Made by a program: the position numbers and the translations under genes
From: Azolla caroliniana
Taxonomy: Eukaryota; Plantae; Polypodiophyta
NCBI GenBank assembly: GCA_043228905.1
Contig: JBHGNT010000013.1
Span: 12,586,001-12,650,000, forward strand
Direction of reading: 5' to 3'
DNA length: 64,000 nucleotides
The notes under the pieces: model-generated
The model's database searches: none
Seen by the model: the letters and a program-made list of their open reading frames with translations, nothing else
Told to the model about the DNA's origin: nothing
Shown: piece after piece, positions 40,167-51,800 of the stretch
Layout: every line of letters starts with the position of its first letter
Position numbering within the stretch: position 1 is the stretch's first letter

Positions 40167-43100
40167 TGTCATGATATGGCAAGACTCGAACCCATGACCT
40201 TACGTTACATGGGTTGAGCTCTTGACCATTAGACTATTTGTTGTAATACAAAAAATATTATTTTCATTTAAGTTTTACTATAGAAAATTGATGTATATTC
40301 CAGATTTCTCTGGAACATTCTAGAAACTTTAGGAATACTCCTGAGAACACTATAAAAGGAGGCACAAGGCATTATTTTGAACCAAATCGGTTTAACGCTA
40401 GTCTTAAGCCTCGTAGCTACTATTGTATATTCTCTTAACATAATATATATCTTTTGTTATCATCATTCTCTCTCTCTCTCTCACTCACTCTTTCCTTCTC
40501 TCGAGAATTCTACACCTCCCTTAGTACTAATCCTCATCTTTTAGTACTAATTCATTCTCTGTCTTAGTATTGTTCCTAACAGTACTTCTCTGTCTTAATA
40601 CTGCTCCTGATAGTTTGAACTGATTTCGGTCTCCTTCCTTCTCTTCCTTTTTCTTCTTACTTCTCCCTCCCTTCATACTAATCTCTTATTCCTCTTTTCT
40701 CTCATACTATGGCCACTGTTAACGCTCAAGAATATCAATCTGTTTTTTCGGAGTTGCAATGCTTGAAAGAGAAGCTTCTCGCATTGGAACAAGAAAATCA
40801 ACGACTGTTGGGGGAGTTTGAACAAATCTCCTTAGAGAAGCAACATACGCAACAACAACACGGGGAACTAGTGTTACGCGTGCAACAGCTCGAAGCAACC
40901 ATAGTAGCAATGCAACAACAAGGACCCAATATGCAAGGGGTTCATAAAGAACCCAAGATCGGCCTTCCCATGAAATTCAATGGAACGCGATTGCAGTTTA
41001 GAGGATTCCTTAATTAGGTATGATTAGTCATTCAAATGCATCCTTCCCGATATCCCACCGATGCATCACGAGTGGGTTTAGTAGGCACGTTGTTAAGTGG
41101 CTCAGTTTTGGCATGGTTCGCTCCGTTGTTAAAAAAGGAATCTCCTTCACTAAACAATTTGAAGAGTTTTTAAGTGAGTTTAAAGCTTGTTTTGGAGATA
41201 TTGACAACATAAGGACAACAATCAACAAAATCCGACGATTATGTCAAGGTGATCATCCAACCTCCGCATCGTTGCAGATTTCCGCCTACTCGCCTTCGAT
41301 ATCCCTTGGGATGGCCAAGCACTTATGGAGCAATTTTGTTATGGTCTACGTAACAATGTCAAGGATTTACTCTTGACTTTCCTCGAAGAACCAAAGTCAT
41401 TGACAGAAGCAATCAGTCGCACGGTGAGATGCGACAACCGTCTTTTCGAATGACGTTCGGAACGTCACTTCCAGATGCCAAGGGCAAAATAAGAGCCCAC
41501 CGCCGCCTTAGTGGTATCAAAACCTTTTCCAAGGGAGTAATATAATGCGTCTCTAGTGAATACTCCAACTCCGATGGAAATTGACACTACATGTCGTCGC
41601 AAACCATTATCAAAAGAAGAAAAGCAGCGATGTCGAGCAAATCAACTATGTCTTTATTGTGGTGGACCAAGGCATATTGCAGTGAACTGTCCCCATAGGC
41701 CAAGAAGACAGGTGAACCAAATAGTTGCTAGTTCTAATTGTACTAAACCCGAGTCTATTTCAGTACGAATATTTGATAGTCCTAATAGTACCAATAGCCC
41801 AAATCTATCGAACAAATTTGATGTCCTTAGTCAGTTAGAAGAAGAGTTAAACGACTAAGTCCAGCCAAAATAGGAGTCGTTGTCGTGAAGATCCGTCACT
41901 ACGCGCGGATCGTGAGGCAGAACCGCCGGGGTTCTGGACCGGAAGGACTCGAAGTTTGCACAAGATTTAGCGAGAAAGAAATTGAGATAGATTGAAAGAG
42001 AGAGAGAGATTGAGATAAGATAGAACACTTGATTTAGATTGAGAGAGATTAAGATTGAATTCTTGACTTTAGATTTTAAGAACAAGGTATATCATCACAA
42101 GGATAACAAATTTTCTTCTTAATATTAATTTTGATATAAAGTACAAAGCTCTTGATAAGAATTTTATATTACTTTTCCTCCTTTGATCTTTTTCATACCC
42201 TCTTTTATAGATGCCCTCATGCATTTGAGGGTTCAAGACATGCATAAAATGCATGTTTGCCATTTGGCGCTCATGTATTACATGTGGTGCATGATAACCA
42301 CGTCACTCATTTTAGCTCTCATGTATGAGAATTTACATGTAAAGTTACAATGATAAAGATATTATTTCAAGAAAATGTCTTGGCTTAGTGGTTGTCAGAT
42401 GTTGCAGTTACCGTCGGTCGCCGGATGCCGGTTACCGTTCGATCGCCGAATGCCGGATGTCGGTTATCGTTTGGTCACCGGATGCCGGTTACGTTGCCGG
42501 TTCGGTTTTGGTTGGGCAAAACCTTTGCAAGTAGCCAGGCCACACCCATTCATCCAATAGCTTTTTTCAAGTCACCTTGAACTCTCTATGCTCCACACAT
42601 AGACTCAAAGATAATAGCTTTTGCTCTACCTTATATATGGTGAGATCCTTATTTCCTGTCTATGTGGGATATCTCACAGTTTTATTTTTCTCTTCTTCCT
42701 TCTCATACTTCACTCCCACATAACTTGTCACTTAGATGTCCGTTTTTTATGTGGTAAAGTACTAAAACATTAGATTTAATACAACAATCATTCTGGTGGC
42801 CCCATATGCGACAATTTGTCGAAGATTTTGTTCAGACTTGTGATACATGTTGTAGAGCAAAAATGTGAAGGTATCATCCATATGGTTTATTAGAACCATT
42901 ACCAATTGCAAGCCCTGACAATCCATTGCTCTAGATTTCATCATAGATCTTCCGGTCTCTAAGGGATTCGATGTGATCTTAACAGTAGTAGATCGATATA
43001 CGAAAATGGCCCATTTTCTGCGATGTACTAATGAAATCTCCAGTGAGGAAACCCCCGAAACTGTCATGCGTGAAGTATGTCGGCATCATGGCCTTCCCGA

Positions 43101-44476
43101 TAGTATCATTAGCGACCGTGGACCCCAATTCATCTCGAAATTCTGGAAGCACCTCTTTAAAATGCTCAATGTCACTTGTAACCTCTCCTCCGGCTACCAC
43201 CTACAAATAGACAGCCAAGCAGAATGAACAAATCAAACGCTGGAGCAATATCTTTGGTGCTTTCTAAGCTATCATCAAGATGACTAGGTGGATTTTCTCT
43301 AGCTCACCGAATTTGCGTATAATAACTCTGTCCATTCATCGACAAAGGTTACACCATTTTATGCTTATACGGGTTGTCACCCCTAATGGTGTGTTTTTGA
43401 AACCCCAGAGTTGCCCACAAATCCTTGCACAGAGGATCGTTTGGAGCGGTTACGCAAGATACAAGCGGATTTATCTACTCATCTACAACAAGCTCAACAA
43501 ACACACTAGGTTTACGTGGATCGTCATCGGCTTCCATCCAGTTTTAACATTGGAGATCGGGTATTTCTACTTCGACAACACATCAAGACTACTCGCCCAT
43601 GCGAGAAGTTGGATTATCGGCGATTAGGTCCTTTCTGTATTATCGGAAAAATTAATGATGTCGCTTTTCTTCTCGATCTACCTCCACAACTTCGAATACA
43701 TCCGGTGTTTCATAGTTCTCTCCTCGAACCCTATCAAGACAACACCATCCTAGGTCATATTAAACAACCTCCACCCCCGATCGAACTTGAAGATGGACCT
43801 GAGTACGAGGTTGCTTCCATCCTTGATTCCAAAATTGTTCGCAACAAGCTCTACTATTTAGTCAATTAGCTAGGATATAATCCCAACGAGCGTACTTGGG
43901 AACCAATAGAGAATGTGACCAATGTTCGTGCTCTTCTTGAAGACTTCCATCCTCAATATCCAGACAAACTGGGTCCTCAATCCAAAACGACTTGTGACAC
44001 TCATCGTTTTAAAGGGGGGATAATGTCATGATATGGCAAGACTCGAACTCACCTTATGTTACATGGATCGAGCTCTTGACCATTAGACTATTTGTTGTAA
44101 TACAAAGGATATTATTTTCATTTAAGTTTTACTATAGAAAATTGATGTATATTCGAGATTTCTCTGGAACATTCTAGAAACTTCAGGAGTATTCCTGAGA
44201 ACACTATAAAAGGAGGCACAAGGCATTATTTCGAACCAAATCGGTTCAACGTCAATCTTAAGCCTCGTAGCTGCTATTGTATATTCTCTTAACATAATAT
44301 GTATATCTTTTGTTATCATCATTCTCTCTCTCTCTCTCTCTCTCACACTCACTCTTTCCTTCTCTCGAGAGTTCTACACCTCCATTAATACTAATCCTCA
44401 TCTTTTAGTACTAATTCATTCTCTGTCTTAGTATTGTTCCTGACAGTACTTCTCAGTCTTAGTACTGCTCTTGACA
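40167..44476 (+). mobile_element. Chromovirus (Tcn1/sushi-like Ty3/gypsy) element G1; LTRs 40167-40612 and 44024-44476; PR-RT-RH missing
   Basis: TSD GCTGC/GCTGC; PPT aaaggggggataa; gag with CLYCGGPRHIAVNC; integrase ISDRGPQF, GPF, HPVFHSSLL; chromodomain EYEVASILDSK...TWEP. Confidence 0.95.
41881..42760 (-). mobile_element. Truncated foreign LTR (TGTCGTG family) occupying the place of G1 PR-RT-RH
   Basis: Starts TGTCGTGAAG; U5 motif gaaccgccggggttctggaccgg; ggatgccggttac repeats at 42410-42500; right boundary approximate. Confidence 0.65.
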
Positions 44477-44650
44477 GCTGCTCAAACTTTAGGTCTTCAA
44501 TCGCCACGACCCCGAGTAGGAGCCGACGGGTGGTCATCTTGACTAAAGGTAAGAATATCTCCTCATAGTCGACCCCATGTTCTTGTTTGAATCCTTTTGT
44601 GATGAGTCAAGCTTTATATTTGGGCTTCTTTGAGTCAGACACATATTTGT

Positions 44651-45890
44651 TGTCATGAACACATGACCATTATGGCATCAACCGGACTTGAACCTCGAAC
44701 CTTGTAATCCATACTTGATTACAAACCTCAACCATTAAGATAGCTTATTGTTATATGAAACAATAAAAGCTACTTGTATTACATTGATTATTGTAAAAAC
44801 TCTAGATTATTCTAGAATGTTCTAGAATGTCCTAGAGCATTCTAGGTCTAGAACATTCTAGAACATTCTAGAAATCTCTAAGCTATTCTATTGGAACCTA
44901 TAAATAAGGGCATACATGTATTCTCAAATCAATTTGAATCAAACTGTCAGAACCAAGGATAAAAGATAGAGTGATGGAAGAAGGATATTAGAGAACACGA
45001 GAAGAAAGGAACCAAATACTAAGAGAAGAATGGATGTATAAGATAGAGAAAGAAAGAGAATGGATACAAGATATATATAATGGATTCATCACGGCGCAGA
45101 TTAATGATGCAACATTTCGTCTTAACCTTCCTGCACATATGCGGCTTCACCCTGTCTTTCATAACTGTCTTTTGGAACCTTGCCGCACCTCTTTAATTCC
45201 TAATCGTGTCATGCCACCACCGCCTTCTGTACAACTTGTGGATGGCCCCGAATACGAGGTAGCTGCTTTCTCGATTCTAAGATTGTGCGCAATAAGCTTT
45301 ATTATCTAGTTGATTGGCTTGGTTATCCACCGAGTGATCGCACTTGGGAACCCATCGATAACGTTTGTAATGCTGAAGCTCTGGTCAACGACTTCCATCG
45401 TCATTATCGAAACAAGCTCGGCCCAACAATGTTAACGCCGACTTCCACTCGGCGTTCTCGAAGGAGGGATAGTGTCATGAACACATGACCATTATGGCGT
45501 CACCTGGACTTGAACCTCGAACCTTGTAATCCATACTTGATTACAAACCTCAACCATTAAGATAGCTTATTGTTATATAAAACAATAAAAGCTACTTCTT
45601 GTATTACATTGATTATTGTAAAAACTCTAGATTATTCTAGAATGTTCTAGAATGTCCTAGAGCATTCTAGGTCTAGAACATTCTAGAACATTCTAGAAAT
45701 CTCTAAGCTATTCTATAGGAACCTATAAATAAGGGCATACATGTATTCTCAAATCAATTCGAATCAACACCAGTCTTTAGCTCTCATTATATATCTTGTA
45801 TCCATTCTTCTCTTAGTATTTGGTTCCTTTCTTCTCGTGTTCTCTAATATCCTTCTTCCATCACTCTATCTTTTATCCTTGGTTCTGACA
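44651..45890 (+). mobile_element. Internally deleted chromovirus element G2 (rearranged 5' LTR 44651-45082, INT tail/chromodomain, PPT, 3' LTR 45473-45890)
   Basis: TSD TTTGT/TTTGT; HPVFHNCLL and NKLYYLVDWLGYPPSDRTWEP; PPT gaaggagggatag. Confidence 0.93.
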
Positions 45891-47119
45891 TTTGTATCTG
45901 AAGACCCATTTGTAGGGTAGTGACTTCCTTCGGGCTGGTAGTTCGACCAGCTCCCATGTTTGATTTTGTTGAATTGAGTCCATTTTGGATTGCATGGCTT
46001 ACAACCATGTGTCAGCGTCTAGCGTGGGTATGGCTTCTTCGTAGGAGCTTGGTTTGATAGCATCTGTGTAGTTTACGTAGTCGAGGGTCGGTGAATAGAA
46101 CTCTATCAGCCTTCTGACTCGTGCGGATCTCCTGCGTGCCGATATTGTGGGTTCGATTTCTTCAGTCGGCCGATTAGTATTGCTTGAACTACCTTCAGGA
46201 GTCCTTCGTGATGACTCACCACTCTGATAGGATTTCAGCGATGCCAAATCATCCTCCCCTGTTTCAAGATTGATTGACAGGGTGGCCTTTTCCTTGGTCA
46301 TTTTGACTTTGTCGTTGTCCGCTCTTGTCAATCTCGTGGTCGAATCAATTTTGACTAGTGGAACTCTTGTCGATTCGGATTCAGCTAGGATGTCGGCTCC
46401 TTGGTCGATTTCGACTATTTGTCGATCCTCCAATTCGGCCCAGTGGGTTGGTCCTTCTACGACTTCTTTGTCGACTTCGAAGGATACCTTTTTACCAACT
46501 AATTTCTATTGGTTCCTCTTAGAGAGAATTGAGTCTTCATTGACGACTATATCACTACTCCAGATTCCCATCGGTTCCATGGCCGAGAAATATGCATTTT
46601 GTTGCATGGGGCGCCAACATGGCCCTTTTCTCCCTGGGGATGAATGTGTAAGCTTCTTATCCGAATATATGGAGCCTATCGTAGGTTGGCTGTTTTCCTA
46701 ACCATAGTGCTTGTGGAACTTAGAGCCTTATTGCTTTCGATGGTGATAGATTTATCAGGTAAACTGCCGTTTGCAATGCTTCGGGCCAGGACTCCAACTT
46801 TAGTTCGGCTTGCTGGAGCATTGCCATCACTCTCTCCTGGATCGTTTGGTTGATCTGTTTAGTTACTCCATTCTACATGGGTGTGTATGGAACGATTTTT
46901 TGGTGTCGGATCCCTTTTTCGGACAGGTACTGTTTGAAGGCTCACGAGGTGTATTCTCCTCTATTTTCGGATCGGATTGTCATTACTCTATATCCTGATC
47001 GGTTCTCCACTTCGACTAATCATCGAGTGAAGACCTCGATGTTTATCCGAGGCCGGACTAGCCACAAACATAGGTTGTCCTTCCGGATCACTTCACCAAA
47101 GGGGTGGTTACAGGTAGGA

Positions 47120-47464
47120 TGTTCACCGGTACCGATATGATCCTGATCCGACTATTCCCGAATCGGTTACAGAATCACAATATAGCACTATTTGATTAAC
47201 ACGCGTAAGATAGAAGATTAAGCACATACGGTAGTATACAATGCTGAAATCCAAATCAAACTTATATTACTTCTGCCTCTATTCCATTGCTTTCCGGATC
47301 CTTTTATAAGCATCCAGTTCTGATTACAAAACGGTGCCATATCGGCAACCGGCTACGAACATATGGTGTGACAGCTTCAACCACGTCTACTTCAAATAAC
47401 GGTACGATCTTTAGATGTTCTTCCAGGTATCAGTTGACTTAATCATCGGCCAGACCGTCTAACA
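47120..47464 (-). mobile_element. Possible LTR or LTR fragment
   Basis: TGTT...AACA termini, minus-strand TATAAAAG near 47305; boundaries uncertain, no TSD confirmed. Confidence 0.35.
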
Positions 47465-47499
47465 TGTTATACTTTCTGCATAGAGCGGTGTCAACTCCT

Positions 47500-48786
47500 T
47501 ACTTGTACCCGCACACGGTTGTGTCAGCACCCGCACTTTCGTCTTCCCTCGTCGGAAGGTAATTACGTGTTTCTGCCAGTTTTGATTGATATGTGTCGTC
47601 CGCGTTCACGATTTTCCGAACAACAGGGGGTAAGCTCCTTGTGCGTTGAGTTGGAGGACCACTGCAGATATCCGGAGCGTGTGCCCTCCGATTGTAATCT
47701 CCAAGTTCGGGATGAGTCCGGTTGGCCGAACCAAACTACCAGGTGGGGTCGTTGTCCGTGGTCTCTAATGGTTCTTCCAGAGGCTTGATATGTTCTTGTA
47801 ATTCTACCATGTTTCGGAAGGTACCCTCTGTCCTGATCCGGGTACACTCGTCGTTATGGGTACCTTCCGTCGTCTCTTCTTTGGTCATAATCTGGGGAGT
47901 AGTTGCGATCGTAATGATCTCGGTTGTAGTCCTCTCTTTGCCTGTCGTTGCGATCTTGGTTGTAATCCTCTCTTCTTCTATCGCCATACCGGTCCCCGTG
48001 TTCCGATCGATATCGTTCCTCCCTCCGAAATCGTTCTTGTTCTGGTTGCTGCTCGTCCCGGGGCTCAATATGCCAGACTGGTGCCGCTTGTTGGTTTAAG
48101 AGATTATACTCACACCGGTCCACAGTGTGTGACTGGGAGTGGCATAGCATGCACTCAGTCCACATTGTGCATTCTAATGTGGAATGCCCCGGGTTGAGGC
48201 ACGTCGTGCATTGGACTGCTTGCCGAAACCGTAAGTCTTCCTCTCGAGGTAGCGCTCGTTGTAGGGCTCCCATCACCATGTAATTACTATTCTGGGCCTT
48301 ATCCATTTCCATTACCTAGTTGATAACTTGATCAATGGTGCTGGTTCAGAAGTTGAATACAGACAACATTGTTCAGAGCGGCTCTCAGAGTGCAGCCAGA
48401 AAGACCGATTTTGCCTCATCTTCTGGAGATGCCCTTGTTAGCTCACTGTGCAATATCTGGAATCAGATAATGAAATGGGGCACTATTTCCTAAGGTTCTT
48501 GTCATGATATGTCAAGACTTGAACCCATGACCTTATATTATATGGGTCGAGCTCTTGACCATTATATCATCTATTGTAATACGTAGGATATTATTTTCAT
48601 TTAAGTTTTATTATAGGAAATTAATGTATATTCCAGATTTCTCTGGAAAATTCTAGAAGCTTCAGACTCCTCCTGAGAACATTATAAGAGGCACAAGGCA
48701 TTAGGTTGAACCAAATTGGTTCAATGCTAGTCTTAAGCCTCATAGCCATTTTGTACTTACTCTTCATATAATATATCATCTCTAAC

Positions 48787-48851
<65 letters not shown>

Positions 48852-51800
48852 CTTGCTATCTCTCTCCCTCTCTCGGGAGTCTTACGCAGTCCCGTCTTCT
48901 TAGTACTAATAGTACTTCCCTTCTCCAGTACTAATTCTCTCTCTATTTTAGTACTATTCCTGAGAGTTTGAACCAATTTCCCTCTAGTCTTCTTTTCGAT
49001 TTCCCTCATCCTCTTACCCCTTTTTTCAATTACTATGGCTACTGTTAGCGCCCAAGAATATCAATCCGTTTTCTCCGAGCTACAGGGTATAAAAGAAAAA
49101 TTTGTTGCCTTCGAACAAGAAAACCAACGATTGTTAGGGGATCTTCAACAAATCGCTCTAGAAAAACAGCAAACGCAGCAACAACATGGGGAGTTAGCGT
49201 TACGTGTACTACAACTCGAAGCAACCATTGTAGCGTTGCAACAACAAGGATCAAGTCCCCAAGGATTTCATAAAGAGCCCAAGATTGGACTTCCTATGAA
49301 ATTCGATGGAATGTGATCGCAATTCAGGGGAATTCTTAATAATCAGGTATGCTTAGTCATTCAAATGCATCCTTCCCGATACCCCATTGATGCATCCCGA
49401 ATTGGCCTAATAGGCATGTTGCTTAGCGGCTCAACCTTGGCATGGTTCACTCCGCTTCTAGAAAAACAATAGCCCTTGCTTAATAACTTTGAAGACTTTA
49501 TTAGCAAGTTTAAAGCATGCTTTGGAGATACCGACATCATCAGGATGACGATCAACAAAATCCGACAATTGCATCAAGGTGATCGTCCAGCCTTTGTCTA
49601 CGCGGCGGATTTCCGTCTACTCGCCTTAGATATCCCCTGGGATGATCAGGCACTAATGGAGCAATTTCACTATGGCCTGCGAAAGGATGTCAAAGATTTA
49701 CTCCTAACCTTCCCCAAAGAACCAAAGTCTCTTACAGAGGCAATCAGTCGAGTGGTCCGATGCGACAACCGCCTTTTCGAACAACATTTTGAACGTCAAT
49801 TACAAATACCACGCCCTAGGCCGGAGCCCACATACGCCTCAGTCGCGGCTAAACCGTTTGCACGAGACGTATCTCAAGCAAATACTCCGACACCAATGGA
49901 GATCGACACCATGCGTCGACGTGGTCCGTTATCGCAAGAAGTGAAAATTGATTATGTCTTTATTGCGTTGGACCAGGGCATATGGCAATCAACTGTCCCC
50001 ATAGGCCAAGAAGATAGGTAAATCAAATCGTAGCCTGTACTAAACCCTAATCAATTCTTCCCTTAGGAGTATCTAATTGTATTAATAGTACTAATAGCCC
50101 AAGTATCTCAAACAAATTTGAAATCCTTAGTCAATTAGAAGAAGAGTTAAACGACTGAGTCTAGCCAAAATTGGAGCCGTTTGGTTGGACAACCCTAGAT
50201 CTGTACAACCCATTAGTGGTTCCATTCCCTCAAAGCAAGTTACCAATGTGTTCTTAGCCCAAGTCATGGTTAGTATTAAAAGTACTCCTCCAGTACACGT
50301 CCTAGCACTTTTAGATTCCGGAGCCAATTCTTGTTTCATGGATCGAAATTTTGCCCAAGCTTCTCAGATATCCTTAAGAAAACTTCCTTGCCCCACATCT
50401 ATAGTAGTCATTGATGGTCATCCCATTGCTTCCGGGAATATTGTAGAAGAGTCAGACCCATTCAGATTGTCCTAGGTAGTTTTGTGTGTGTGGTATCATT
50501 TAATATAATTAGTAGTCTAGAGCATCCCATTGTCCTAGGATTACCTTGGTTTGAATTACATAATCCAGACATAGATTGGAGAACAAGAGAAGTCCGGTAT
50601 CAACAAACAGAAGAATCTACTCATCGAGTTTCGACCATTTCACTCCATCAATTACGCGAAGAAGGACACAAGGAGGCAATGTTTCTATTTGCAATATCAG
50701 TACATCCTTCCAGCAATATTAAGAAGGAATCCTTAGTGCAACTTCCGGCGAAATATCATCTTGATGCCGATGTATTTGACAAGGTTAAAGTCGACACTCT
50801 TCCTCATCATCGTCCCTACGATTATCCCTACGATTTACAGCCAGGAACAGAGCCACCATGGGGACCAATTTACAACTTGTCACCAACCGAGTTAGAAGTC
50901 CTTCGAGCCTACATAAAGGAGAACTTGGCAAGTGGGTTTATTCGTAATTTGAAATCTCCGGCCGGAGCACCCATCTTCTTTGTCAAGAAGTAAGATGGAT
51001 CACTTCGTCTCGTCGTTGATTACCGCGGCTTGAATAAGGTCACCATCAGGAATAGGTATCCACTTCCTCTTATATAAAGTCTTTTAGAGCGAGTAAATGG
51101 TGCGAAGTTTTTTACAAAAATCGATCTACGAGGAGCGTATAACCTCGTGCGGATCCGACTGGGAGACGAATGGAAGACCTGCTTTTGCATGTGGTATGGG
51201 CATTTTGAGTATACCGTTATGCCGTTCGGTCTAACCAATGCGCCTGCAGTCTTCCAACACATGGCAAATGATATATTCAAAGACCTCTTGGATATCTGTT
51301 TGATTATTTGGATGATCTATTGATTTATTTGAAGACCCAAGAAGAGCATGATTCTCATATACTATTAGTACTAAAACGACTTCGAGAGAATGGACTTTAT
51401 GCCAAACTAGAAAAATGTAGTGTTGACTGCAAGCAAGTGGAATTTCTAGGCTACGTCATCTCCTCAAAGGGCATCTCCATGGATCCGGCTAAAGTCAAAA
51501 TTGTGCTAGAGTGGCAAACTCCACGTTCGTTACGAGATGTACAATGTTTCCTAGGTTTTGTTAACTTCTACCGCAAGTTTATACAAGATTACTTGAAGAT
51601 TATTTTACCTCTCACACAACTTACGAAGAAGGGACATGCATTTCTTTGGTCCAATGAAGCGAACATGGGTTTTAGGCATCTTAAGAAAGCCTTTACATCA
51701 ACTCCTATTCTAGCTCATGTGGATATAAACAAACCATTCATCATGGAGGCCGACACATCGGATTTCGCCCTCGGTAGCATCCTTTCTCAACAAGGAGATA

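Larger units (their letters stand above)
39717..46690 (-). mobile_element. Ty1/copia integrase C-terminus and RT remnant, split by two chromovirus insertions (host pieces 39717-40166, 44477-44650, 45891-46690)
   Basis: LKKSLYGLKQASRMWY, LYLDDML; the reading VAIEDLKFEQLDVKTTFL is restored across the 40167-44476 insertion; KCIFLG integrase tail. Confidence 0.9.

Noticed and set aside
40167-40245. Functional tRNA gene in the LTR
   Set aside because: A/B boxes are present, but acceptor and T stems do not pair well and there is no canonical anticodon loop; treated as a tRNA-like module.
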